A DNA stretch of 64,000 bases, taken from Octopus bimaculoides (Eukaryota). The DNA lies in the NCBI RefSeq assembly GCF_001194135.2, contig NC_068983.1, forward strand, positions 29,172,857-29,236,856, read 5' to 3'. Each line of letters opens with the position of its first letter. Within the stretch, counting starts at the first letter, position 1. Shown in pieces: positions 49,893 through 62,550 of this stretch. The notes beneath the pieces were generated by a model that had not been told where the DNA came from, did no database searches, and saw only the letters and a program-made list of their open reading frames with translations. The translations under genes were made by a program, and so were the position numbers.

Positions 49893-50859
49893 CTCTAGTA
49901 GACCTGTACCCCACAGCAGAAGTGTTAAGACCGATCCTTCTGGTGGTGTGAAGCACTTGTGGCCATGTAAAAGCCCCCGTGTGGTACCATGTACAAGCAC
50001 CTATGCAGCAACACATAAAAGTGCCTGTGCAGCATGATGGAAAAGCACCCATGTGGTGCCGTGTAAAAGCAACCATGTGGCACCATGTAAAAGTACATGT
50101 GCGACACCATGGAAAAAGTACCCGGGCAGTGCTATATAAAAGCACCAAGCACACTGTAAAGTGGTTGGCATTAGGAAAGGCATCCAGCCATAGAAACCAT
50201 GCCACATCAGACTGGAGCCCCAGCAGCTCACTAGTTCTGGTTACACCATCCAACCCATGCCAGCATGAACAATGGACGTTAAATGATGATGATGATGATG
50301 AAATCCACTCATGCAGTAGGACTGAACCCAAAACCATACATTGGGAAACAAACATCTAACCACATAGCCACACCTGCACCTATGTCCACAATGATAAAAA
50401 TGTAAGGAATAGGCACAAATGATAAGTATATATATATGACAAATGTTACAACAAAGTAAATATATAAAAATTAAACTCTTGTCAGCTGTCCCACTAAGAA
50501 TGATAGTAGTTTCAATACCTCAGACAGAACTGCATACTTTAGGAGTGTCAATGACTATTAGATACAATTCTTAGATAGCAGATACAGTGGAGATAAGACA
50601 CAAAAACAAGGAAAACATGGTGTTTTAGTGACTGGGATAAAAAACAAAAGACAACAACAGGAAAGAGATGTATGATTAAGAGTATTGACTAAAACAGACA
50701 AGAAAATCAAATCACAGATCTACTTTAAACACATACATACACATATTGTTGGCACTCCGTCACTTACAACGTCGAGGGTTCCAGTTGATCTGATCAACGG
50801 AACAGCCTACTCGTGAAATTAACGTGCAAGTGGCTGAGCACTCCACAGACTGCGGTTGC

Positions 50860-50900
<41 letters not shown>

Positions 50901-52262
50901 CAAACCTATAATCAAAGGTATTCTAATTATGACCAGCCAGTNNNNNNNNNNNNNNNNNNNNNNNNNNNNNNNNNNNNNNNNNNNNNNNNNNNNNNNNNNN
51001 NNNNNNNNNNNNNNNNNNNNNNNNNNNNNNNNNNNNNNNNNNNNNNNNNNNNNNNNNNNNNNNNNNNNNNNNNNNNNNNNNNNNNNNNNNNNNNNNNNNN
51101 NNNNNNNNNNNNNNNNNNNNNNNNNNNNNNNNNNNNNNNNNNNNNNNNNNNNNNNNNNNNNNNNNNNNNNNNNNNNNNNNNNNNNNNNNNNNNNNNNNNN
51201 NNNNNNNNNNNNNNNNNNNNNNNNNNNNNNNNNNNNNNNNNNNNNNNNNNNNNNNNNNNNNNNNNNNNNNNNNNNNNNNNNNNNNNNNNNNNNNNNNNNN
51301 NNNNNNNNNNNNNNNNNNNNNNNNCATATTGTTGGCACTCCGTCACTTACAACGTCGAGGGTTCCAGTTGATCTGATCAACGGAACAGCCTACTCGTGAA
51401 ATTAACGTGCAAGTGGCTGAGCACTCCACAGACATGTGTACCCTTAACATAGTTCTCGGGGATATTCAGCATGACACGGTGTGACAAGGCTTACCCTTTG
51501 AATTACAGGCACAACAGAAACAGGAAGTAAGAGTGAGAGAAAGTTGTGGTGAAAGAGTACAGCAGGGTTTGCCACCATCCCCTGCCAGAGCCTCGTGGAG
51601 CTTTAAGTGCTTTTCGCTCCATAAACACTCACAACGCCTGGTCTGGGAATTGAAACCGCGATCCTATGACCGCGAGTCCGCTGCCCTAGCCACTGGGCCA
51701 TTGTGCCTCCACACATACACATATGCACACAATTTAACTTACAGCAGCAGCAGTGTTGTTTATATGTTGTTCTGTACTGAAGTAATTCAATAGAAAAACG
51801 CTGAATTGACATATGTATAGAAAGAACTAACATCAGCAGTTCCGCCCACCACTGCTGCCAAGGGCTTTAAATAAACTAGTATATTCTTTCAAGCTCTCAA
51901 TGTCCTCATTCTACTTGCCTTCTTCTTTCTCTCTCTCTCTCACACACACTTGCCTGCTCATACATTTCATCTGAAGAAATACAAACTATGTAAGGAAACT
52001 GATGGCAGATGGCATTATTTATTTATCATCTTCCATGAAGAAAATTACGGAGATGTACTTGCATAGCAAGTGACCTGAACTGAGATCGTGTGCTGGAACG
52101 AAAACAATTGCAGCGTGGAAGGTGTTTATAAGCCATTTAAAATAACACACAAAAGCCGTCAGATTCACTTCAACATTTAAATTTAATTTGTCAAAGTATT
52201 TTCGTCGCTTTGAGACCGCGACCTGTTCACTGACAAAATTGTGCAGCACAATTTTGTCAGTG

Positions 52263-53429
52263 TGGCACTTTTTCAGGCAGCTATCCTCATCCATTCTCAC
52301 CACATGTCCATACCAGCGCAATCGTCTCTCTTGCACACCACAACTGATGCTTCTAATGTTCAGCTTTTCTCTCAAGATACTTACACTCTGACGGGTATTC
52401 ACNNNNNNNNNNNNNNNNNNNNNNNNNNNNNNNNNNNNNNNNNNNNNNNNNNNNNNNNNNNNNNNNNNNNNNNNNNNNNNNNNNNNNNNNNNNNNNNNNN
52501 NNNNNNNNNNNNNNNNNNNNNNNNNNNNNNNNNNNNNNNNNNNNNNNNNNNNNNNNNNNNNNNNNNNNNNNNNNNNNNNNNNNNNNNNNNNNNNNNNNNN
52601 NNNNNNNNNNNNNNNNNNNNNNNNNNNNNNNNNNNNNNNNNNNNNNNNNNNNNNNNNNNNNNNNNNNNNNNNNNNNNNNNNNNNNNNNNNNNNNNNNNNN
52701 NNNNNNNNNNNNNNNNNNNNNNNNNNNNNNNNNNNNNNNNNNNNNNNNNNNNNNNNNNNNNNNNNNNNNNNNNNNNNNNNNNNNNNNNNNNNNNNNNNNN
52801 NNNNNNNNNNNNNNNNNNNNNNNNNNNNNNNNNNNNNNNNNNNNNNNNNNNNNNNNNNNNNNNNNNNNNNNNNNNNNNNNNNNNNNNNNNNNNNNNNNNN
52901 NNNNNNNNNNNNNNNNNNNNNNNNNNNNNNNNNNNNNNNNNNNNNNNNNNNNNNNNNNNNNNNNNNNNNNNNNNNNNNNNNNNNNNNNNNNNNNNNNNNN
53001 NNNNNNNNNNNNNNNNNNNNNNNNNNNNNNNNNNNNNNNNNNNNNNNNNNNNNNNNNNNNNNNNNNNNNNNNNNNNNNNNNNNNNNNNNNNNNNNNNNNN
53101 NNNNNNNNNNNNNNNNNNNNNNNNNNNNNNNNNNAAATATGGCATCAGTAGTGCTTTTACCTGGCACGAACCCAAACTGTATCTCATCTAAATTGATTCG
53201 CTCCCTAATTAGTTGGGCTATGACCCTCTCTGTAACTTTCATAACCTGATCTAACAGCTTGATGCCTCTGTAATTATTTGTATCTAAAGCGTCACCTTTA
53301 CCTTTGTAGCAGTTGACTATGGTGCTGCTACACCAGTCATTGGGTATGACTCCTTCGTGTAACACCTGGTTCGTAATACGGGTGACTAGGCTGTAGCCAA
53401 CACTGCCAGATATTTTGAGCATCTCTGCA

Positions 53430-53433
<4 letters not shown>
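52263..53433 (-). mobile_element. RTE-clade LINE ORF2 fragment (reverse transcriptase), interior in a gap
   Basis: AEMLK...IPNDW..STIV..YKGKGD.LD..NYRGIKLL...KV.ERV...QFGFVPGKSTTDAIF ... RRLRWYGHVVRM. The visible parts have an open frame. Confidence 0.92.
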
Positions 53434-53470
<37 letters not shown>

Positions 53471-53564
53471 GCATATACATACATATATATATCTACATAC
53501 ATATATATGTATATATACATACATATACAAACATATATATATCTACATACATATATATGTATAT

Positions 53565-53595
<31 letters not shown>

Positions 53596-53612
53596 CATAC
53601 ATATATATATAT

Positions 53613-53643
<31 letters not shown>

Positions 53644-53791
53644 CATACANNNNNNNNNNNNNNNNNNNNNNNNNNNNNNNNNNNNNNNNNNNNNNNNNNN
53701 NNNNNNNNNNNNNNNNNNNNNNNNNNNNNNNNNNNNNNNNNNNNNNNNNNNNNNNNNNNNNNNNNNNNNNNNNNNNNNNNNNNNNNNNNNN

Positions 53792-53830
<39 letters not shown>

Positions 53831-54020
53831 CATACCTACATATATATACATACATATATATATTTATATACATACATACATGCGTATATGAGGACTTATA
53901 TTCTTTTGGCATTTTGTCCTGTACTCATCTCTCGTGTGTATATATATACATACATGCATATAAATATATACATATATATATATATATACATACATACATG
54001 CACATATATACACATACATA
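53434..54020. repeat. (TA)n/(TACA)n microsatellite
   Basis: Direct inspection. Similar tracts bound most N gaps in the window. Confidence 0.95.
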
Positions 54021-54800
54021 TATCATCAATCAGTTCATTCAGCTTTGACCTGGCCTGACAAAACAAATAACCTGTGTCTTTTGTTTACTAACTTCTTCTG
54101 GCCATCCTCTAAGATGATACTTGTATGAGTCAGTGAAGGAATCTCTATTTGGTCATTTGACTAGCTAGAAATGCCAGTTACATATCTCTTAAACTGTATC
54201 CTACTGTCTTAACAACCAAAAAAAAAAGAAAAAAATACAAGTCAGGTAAAAGAAGTCAAGGAAGTATGTGTGTGTATGTGTATGTATATGTATAATATAA
54301 AAATATACTTGTGTATGTGTGTATGTATGGTGTGTGTGTATGTATGTGTGTAATATACAAATATACATATGTACACACACACATATTTGTATATTACACA
54401 TATACATACACACATCATTTAATCGTTTAAAGTGGACATTAAACGATTAAATGGTGTGTGCATGTATATGTGTAATATACAAATGTGTGTGTGTGTCCCA
54501 CCCTGTAACTTGTTTTTACTGGATACTACTTGACAATCAGCATGTGTTTATGTCCCATAACTTAATGATTCAGCAAAATAGAAGCCAGCAGAATAAGTAA
54601 GACTTCTAAAACCCTACAGCGCAGTGCTCCAGCATGGCCGCAGTCCAGTAATTGGGTCAAGTAAACCAGTGAAAGAGCAACGGGCACAAAACAGCAATAT
54701 GTCTGCTTGACCAGCATTAACCTGGGACCAAACAACAACAACAAAAGGAAACACAAAAAATCAAAGCCCTGACAGTAAACAATGAAAATGAAATGCTCAC

Positions 54801-55168
54801 CTGTTGGAATAAAAGTAATTGCATTAATCTGTACGTTTTTGTCTGCTATTTCCGAGGACTTTCCAGCAAACTCTGCACAGCGCTGCAACAGACCACCAGT
54901 GATACTCGAAGATCTTTGTGAACCTTCATGCGATTCCCTTTTGACACATTCTTGAAGGAAAAGTATGTTTTTATCATCAATGGTTGCTTTTATAATGTTT
55001 TTCAACTGGTTGTATCTCATAACGCTTCCCTTCGATCGTTGATAAGAAGTATCTAAGTTTTTTATAATATCGCAGAGTTTCAGCTTTTTGCTATCAGCAT
55101 CTTTCAATTTCCTTTGCATCAACATGTACTCCTTCTGTAGTTGTTCTTTCCCAGTCATTTCGTTCAAA
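54801..55168 (-). CDS. Coding exon of an uncharacterised helical/coiled-coil protein (possible start ATG at 55158)
   Basis: Minus-strand acceptor TCTCTATTTTAG|T and donor ACAG|GTGAGC (phase 1). Non-repetitive, normal-composition ORF (MTGKEQLQKEY...RYNQLKNIIK...TFIPT). Confidence 0.75.
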
Positions 55169-58100
55169 CTAAAATAGAGATAAAAATAGCTTGTTTAATT
55201 ATCATTAACAAGTTGGCTCCCAAGCCTCATTTTACATTTTATCCCAGGGTCCCAATACGATATCATAATTAATTTTGACATGAGCGGCATAAAATTCTTA
55301 CACTATACCATATGTGAGGCAAGAATCACATACGTAATGATAGAAACCCACATCCCACAAGAGGGTCGTGTGGTACCCTAGTTCATCTCACATCCTAGAT
55401 ACCACAAAACTTACCCATGGTCAATTTAAAATTTTGGGTATTTCTATTGGAAGATTTTAAAATCTTTTCAAAAAGAACTATTTTGGTTTCCAAAGATCTA
55501 AACTCTCCTTGCGAAGACCTGTTGGGGCAAGTGAAAGCGAAATCGTAATTGAACCATACTCAATGACTGGCACCTGTGCCAGTGGAGCACTAACAGCACT
55601 GTCCAAGCGTATTCATTGCCAGAACAACTGTCTGGCTTCTGTGCTAGTGGCCCGTAAATAGCACCATTTGAGCGTAATCATTACCAGCATTGCCTTCTAG
55701 CACTTGTGCTGGTGGCACGTTAGAAAATTATCCGAGCGAGGTCGTTGCCAGTGCCGCTGGACTGGCTCCTGTGCAGGTGGCACGTAAAAAACACCTTTTT
55801 GAGCATGGTCGTTGGCAGTACCATGTGACTGGCCCTCGTGCCGGTGGCACGTAAAAGCACCCACTACACTCTCGGAGTGGTTGGCGTTAAGGGCATCCAG
55901 CTGTAGAAACTCTGCCAGATCAGATGGAGCCTGGTGCAGCCTTCTGGCTTGCCTGCATTCATGTATGTGTGTGTGTGTATGTATGTGTGTGTGTGCATAT
56001 GTATGTGTATGTCAAGTAACTGCTTCTTGAGTACTACTGATAACATGTAACCCAGCCCCAACTATTGCATGGTCAGCTCGTCGGTTACCAAAATGGCAAC
56101 CCTACCAAGCAAGTTCAGCGAGGAGGGTGACCGTTGGACACTCTGTGGGATGCAAAACAAGACCCATCAAAGGGCAGAGGAACTCATGAGAATCAATGGC
56201 CATCCAACATTGTGAGGATACTCTAATATAACACCCACTAAAATTGCTGAGCCAGACACCTAGCCTTGACCTATCTTTGGAAGCACTTAGCACTACTTGG
56301 GAAAGTAGTACAATGCAGTACAAGTTGCACAAGACTTAAATTCTGCACAGGCCTTTCCAACATCATTGTTAACAGTCTCTGTTGTGTTCATTGCTATGGT
56401 TTATTGTCCATTTATGGTGTTTAGTAATTTTATTCTAAATTATACAAGGTAATGTCTTTTTGCATATTAGTTGTGTGTTGTTAGTTTTAATTAGTTTAGT
56501 GCCAATGTATATGAACTCTGTCAGTGTTGGTGTTGAAAAGTCGTATTTGATTAACAAGTTGACAGCCACTGATGTATGAACACTTATGCACATGTGTCTG
56601 CATGTGACTATGTATGTATACAGATGCAAGAACACATATTTGTATAGCAAAATATAGTGTTAGTGAAAATTCACATAAACTGTGATATTAGTTCTTGCAC
56701 ACACACACACACACACAACACACACACTATATATAGATGCACATACAGTGTTACAAAGATTTTAATCAAACAAACTCTTTGGCTGGCACCAAAAGGTCAC
56801 ACAAAGGAAGTTAAAGAGGGTAAATGTCAGAGACACTGAGAAGGGGGAATAAAACATTTGAAAGTATGTTACACCAACATAATAGCAACTGTGGGTATAA
56901 GTTGTTGTAGTTGTTAAATTCTAGAAGGTCAGACTTGATGGAGCAGACCTAAGGTCAAAAATCTTTTCAGCAACAACCATCCCATTTTTTTTTATGTACA
57001 CTGTATCTAAGATTACAAGATCCAAAGAGAATCTTTTTTCTTTTCTGAAGATGGTAGGATGTTATTTGAGGGAGATTTGGTTGTTCTATCTAGCAGGTAA
57101 AGCAACCATATAACAGGGTTCCTTGCTGGCTTATACAGTTATCTGATGGTGCTGTAATACTTCGTGAGTGAATTTGCAAAAATCAAAATTATAAAGAAGC
57201 CCATTGTATTTATAAACTGGCATACCTGAACTTCCATCATTTCGAGTTATGGCTTTATGTCATTTTCTTGAAGAAATTAATGAGAAAAATAAATCTCAAC
57301 TTCAGCTGATTTATCTGATGTTTATGTCAGTCTCAGCTAACATATTTAAAACATAAAATTTTTAAAAAAAAAACAAATGCCTAAAAACCAATACTGAAAT
57401 AGAAAATCAAAATACATGTGAAAATATGTACAAACTATTTATCAAAACAGAGATAAGCTAATGAAAGTTTTTAAAATATTTTTCCATGTTACTTCATTTT
57501 TCGAGTTTAGCTGTGAAACTTTAAGTCACATAGAGCTGAATCAAACTGTTTTAAATAATAATAATAATAATAATCTTTTCTACTAAAGGCACAAGGCCTG
57601 AAAATTTGGAGGGGGTTAGTCGATTACATTGACCCCAGTGTTTCATATCGAACTCGATATGAATAAAGCTATAAATATCAGCGTGTAAAATCCTTTGGAT
57701 CGAAAAAGTCGAAAGCTGGGCGCCTTCGACTTTTTCTATCAAAAAGGTTCTTAAACCCTGTATGTGCACATTATTATTTATAGCTGTCTCTACTTCGACT
57801 TTCACCGTTCCGAAAAAGAATTACTCTTTTACTTGTTTCAGTCATTTGGCTGTGGCCATGCTGTAGCACCGCCTTTAGTCGAGCAAATCAACCCCAGGAC
57901 TTATACTTTGTAAGCCTAGTACTTATTCTATCGGTCTCTTTTGCCAAACCGCTAAGTTACAGGGACGTAAACACACCAGCATCGGTTGTCAAGCAATGTT
58001 GGGGGACAAACACAGACACACAAACACACACACTCCTACAAACAAACAGCCACTCCTACGCCTATTTAGGAACCTTTTCAGTAGGATGGGCTACTCAACC

Positions 58101-59139
58101 TGAAGAAAATTCTAACTGGGCCCCACCTGTGAGGTCATGCGCTGTTTATCTTGATATGAGATCACCATGTCGCGCACATATGGTTGTGATGCATGTGCCT
58201 GGTGTACCCTGATCAGATGGGTAGTCATGATGGGTATAACGAGCTTCATATATTTTACCCCAGTGTCACTTTGATGGCATGCACTGCTCTCTCACTCAAT
58301 AATAATAATGATCATAATGTATGTATGCATATATTCTCTCACTAAAAGTGGATTCCATTCAAAAAGGATAATGTAAAAGGAAAGGGGTGCAAATTATATC
58401 TGGAATGATTTTTTGTAGTATAATAAAACACACACACACGTCTTTATGTATATAGTCGCCCATCATCTACAATTACCATTTGTATATATTTTTCACTGCG
58501 CTAAAAGTGAACAGAAATCTTCATCAGTATTACTATATGACCTAATTCTGGTAAAAGGCGGCTATACTGCATGGATGACTGAATGAAGAAATTTTATATA
58601 CCAGTTGGAAATCGAGTTAAACTACAAAACCCAACACAAGATGCCAACAAAACAGCATACTGAATGCACAACTGATACTAAAACAGAGCCTGTACATGGT
58701 TACGTGTCTTGCTAAAAATAGCAGCCAAATCTCCTTCAACCTCCCCCACACACAACTATCTTAAATTAAGGATTCACTGGATGGTGTAGTGAAGAGTGAA
58801 TACACTATGTCTGTCAAAAAAAAAAAATAAGAAGAAATGGTCATGGTTGGAACACTTCAATCATAAGTCAGCTCAATCAGGGATGATATTGTACTTAAGA
58901 ATTACAACTTAACTAAACTTTATTCTTCTACTTGTTTCAGTCATTAGACTGTGGCCATGCTGGAGTGCAGCCTTGAAGGGTTTTTTTTAGTCAAACAAAT
59001 CGACTTTTTTTTTTTTAAAGCCTAGTAACTTATTCCATCAGTTTCTTTTGCTGAAACGCTCAGTTATGGGGACATAAACACACCAACACCAGTTGTCAAG
59101 CAGTGAGGAGGGGACAAACACAAAGACACACACACACAG

Positions 59140-59198
<59 letters not shown>

Positions 59199-60842
59199 AC
59201 AAGTTTCTTTCAGTTTCCATCTACCAAATACACTCACAAGGCTTTGGTTAGCCCAGGGCTATAGTAGAAGACACTTGCCCAAGGTGCCATTCAGCAAGAC
59301 TGAACCTGGAACCATGCAGTTGGGGAGCAAGCTTCAGTTTTCCATATATAACAGTTAGTAGCATCATATTAATGGAGAGGAGCTTCAATAATAGTTCTTC
59401 TGGGGTAACACTTTTCCCATTTTGTCCACTGGGACCATAAGGCATTCTGAATTACAAGAAATTGTACATTCTACTCCTTAATATATAGATGTTTTCGATC
59501 TAGTTTGGATTCTTTGCCATCAAATTTGATTGCAAAGGATTCAAATTTGATAGCAAAAAATCCAAACTAGATCGAAAACATCTATAAAGTTACTGCACCC
59601 ATTTCCTTAAGTTATACAGTGATAAGAAAATATTGGTATAATGATTAATATTATTTTAATCTGATCTTAGCAAGTATCAGAGACAACTGTGGACGTGTTT
59701 CAGTTTTATTACACCTCCTCAGTGCAGTATAACCTTCTCTGTATTTACCATATTAGTAACAAAATTTTTATATTGGCTGTCAAACCAGGTGAAATCGTAG
59801 TCATGGCCGATGCCAGTGTCGCATAGCTGGCACATAAAAAGCACCCTTTGAAGGTTGGGTTATGTACCATGCTTGAGAAGACCTGTAAAACCAAGCGAAA
59901 TTGTAGTCATGCTATTGTCGCATAACTGGCACTTATGCCAGTGGCATGTAAAAAGCAATGTTTCAAACATTGGGCCTCACAGAGGCAGTGAGAAATGACC
60001 GAGACCTTTGGCAATATACTGTGCTGAGATTGTAGTCATGGCCAATGCCAGTGTTGCGTAACTGGCACTTCTGTCAGTGGCACATAAAAAAGCACCCACT
60101 GCACTCTTGGAGTGGTTGGTGTTAGGAAGGGCATCTTGCTGTAGAAACCATGTCAAATCAGACTGGAGCCTGGTGCAGCTTACCAGTTTGCGGTTAAATC
60201 ATCCAACCCATGCCAGCATGGAAAACAGATATTAAATGATGACGATGATGAAGTGGGTGTCACACAATAATAATCACTTAAGAAAATTATCCTGAGACAC
60301 CATCTGCATAAAAAAATAACAGTCAAGTTAAGACAATTACAGAGATAGTTGTTGTTGATTACCTGTATTGGCTATCAGCAATGTAAACAATGTCCTCTTT
60401 TTAATGAACTCATTAGTCTAACCTTTGTAGTTTGTTATCTTTCTTTGTCACAGTGAGGTTTGCAACTTCAAGGTAATTAATTGCCAAGGTAACATCATAA
60501 AATCAAAGTCTCAAGGAACGAATTGTGTTTTTGAAATTCTCAACAGTTTACAGATAATCATATTTCTGCCGGAGCCTCTGAGGAGACATCTAGGTAGTTA
60601 CTCCAGATGCTAGAAATAGCAGCCAAAACTCTCTTGCTTCAAACTGCCAGCAGAAAAAATAGGATAGATTGAATAATGTACTCCTAAATATACAATGATT
60701 AGGAGAAAGACATGTTGGTTATGACTAATCAACAAGAACAACATATTTCTGGACAGGCATGGCTATCTGGTAAGAAGTTTGCTTCCCAACCACATGGTTT
60801 CCAGTTCAATCCCACTGCATAGCATCTTGGGCAAGCATTTTC

Positions 60843-61482
60843 GGCACTGTCATGCTATTAGCTGTCAGAAGTGAAAGTGCTCACTGCTAGTGAAGTATCT
60901 GTCTGTCTGCCTGCATGCCTGTTGCTAGCCTGTCGATTCTTTGGCTACTGACAGCTAATACCATGACTGGCCAGAGCGAGCTATATGTCTGTCTGTCTCT
61001 CTCTCTCTCTCTCTATCTATCTATCACTCGAAAGTTATTGGAACAAATTTGACACCTATATCCATGCGTTTGAAAACACACAGAGTATAAGGGTACTACT
61101 AAAGCAGAGTGGTCCCAAATTTTCAACAGAGAGAATTTATCAAAATAGAAAACAAATGAAGTTTGAAGTTTAAAAATAATAGGATCGACCACTCACGACT
61201 AGCTAGCCCGGACGCGCGTTCGGGACCACTCTGCTTTAGTAGTACCCTTATACTCTGGGTGTTTTCAAACGCATGGATATAGGTGTCAAATTTGTTCCAA
61301 TAACTTTCGAGTAATAGATAGAGAGAGAGACAGACAGACAGACATATAGCTCGCTCCGGCCAGTCATGGTATTAGCTGTCAGTAGCCAAAGAATGATAGG
61401 CCAGCAACAGGCAGGCAGACAGACAGATACTTCACTAGCAATGAGCACTTTCACTTCTGACAGCTAATAGCATGACAGTGCC
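60843..61482. mobile_element. 640-bp foldback element with 8-bp TSD (GCATTTTC), inserted in a family B SINE; Merlin-like termini
   Basis: Arms 60843-61116 and 61222-61482 are near-perfect reverse complements. The termini are GGCAC...GTGCC. The TSD is at 60835-60842 and 61483-61490, and the SINE resumes after it. Confidence 0.92.
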
Positions 61483-61847
61483 GCATTTTCTACTATAGCC
61501 TCAGGCCAACCAAAACCTTGAGTGGATTTGATAAACAGAAACTAAAAGAAGCCTGTCATATATATGTGTGTGTGTGTGTGTCACCACCACTCGACAACTG
61601 ATGTCCATATGTTTACATATAAGTCCTGTATCATCATCATCATCGTTTAACGTCCGCTTTCCATGCTAGCATGGGTTGGACGATTTGACTGAGGACTGGT
61701 GAAACCGGATGGCAACACCAGGCTCCAGTCTGATTTGGCAGAGTTTCTACAGCTGGATGCCCTTCCTAACGCCAACCACTCAGAGAGTGTAGTATATATA
61801 TATATATATATTTATTGGCTAAACTGGCAATATGACCATCCCCAAGT

Positions 61848-61889
<42 letters not shown>

Positions 61890-62489
61890 NNNNNNNNNNN
61901 NNNNNNNNNNNNNNNNNNNNNNNNNNNNNNNNNNNNNNNNNNNNNNNNNNNNNNNNNNNNNNNNNNNNNNNNNNNNNNNNNNNNNNNNNNNNNNNNNNNN
62001 NNNNNNNNNNNNNNNNNNNNNNNNNNNNNNNNNNNNNNNNNNNNNNNNNNNNNNNNNNNNNNNNNNNNNNNNNNNNNNNNNNNNNNNNNNNNNNNNNNNN
62101 NNNNNNNNNNNNNNNNNNNNNNNNNNNNNNNNNNNNNNNNNNNNNNNNNNNNNNNNNNNNNNNNNNNNNNNNNNNNNNNNNNNNNNNNNNNNNNNNNNNN
62201 NNNNNNNNNNNNNNNNNNNNNNNNNNNNNNNNNNNNNNNNNNNNNNNNNNNNNNNNNNNNNNNNNNNNNNNNNNNNNNNNNNNNNNNNNNNNNNNNNNNN
62301 NNNNNNNNNNNNNNNNNNNNNNNNNNNNNNNNNNNNNNNNNNNNNNNNNNNNNNNNNNNNNNNNNNNNNNNNNNNNNNNNNNNNNNNNNNNNNNNNNNNN
62401 NNNNNNNNNNNNNNNNNNNNNNNNNNNNNNNNNNNNNNNNNNNNNNNNNNNNNNNNNNNNNNNNNNNNNNNNNNNNNNNNNNNNNNNNN

Positions 62490-62550
<61 letters not shown>

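Noticed and set aside
51630-51712. tRNA genes at SINE heads (also 4010-4091)
   Set aside because: Box A/B are present, but there is no complete cloverleaf or acceptor stem and the sequence continues into the SINE body.
52019-53530. 503-aa ORF as an intact RT gene or host gene
   Set aside because: It starts in a (TA)n repeat, about half is N, and it ends in an unrelated repeat. It is a truncated LINE fragment.
54562-54800. C-terminal extension of the 201-aa minus-strand ORF
   Set aside because: It lies past a strong GTGAGC donor and runs into decayed SINE sequence, so it is intronic.
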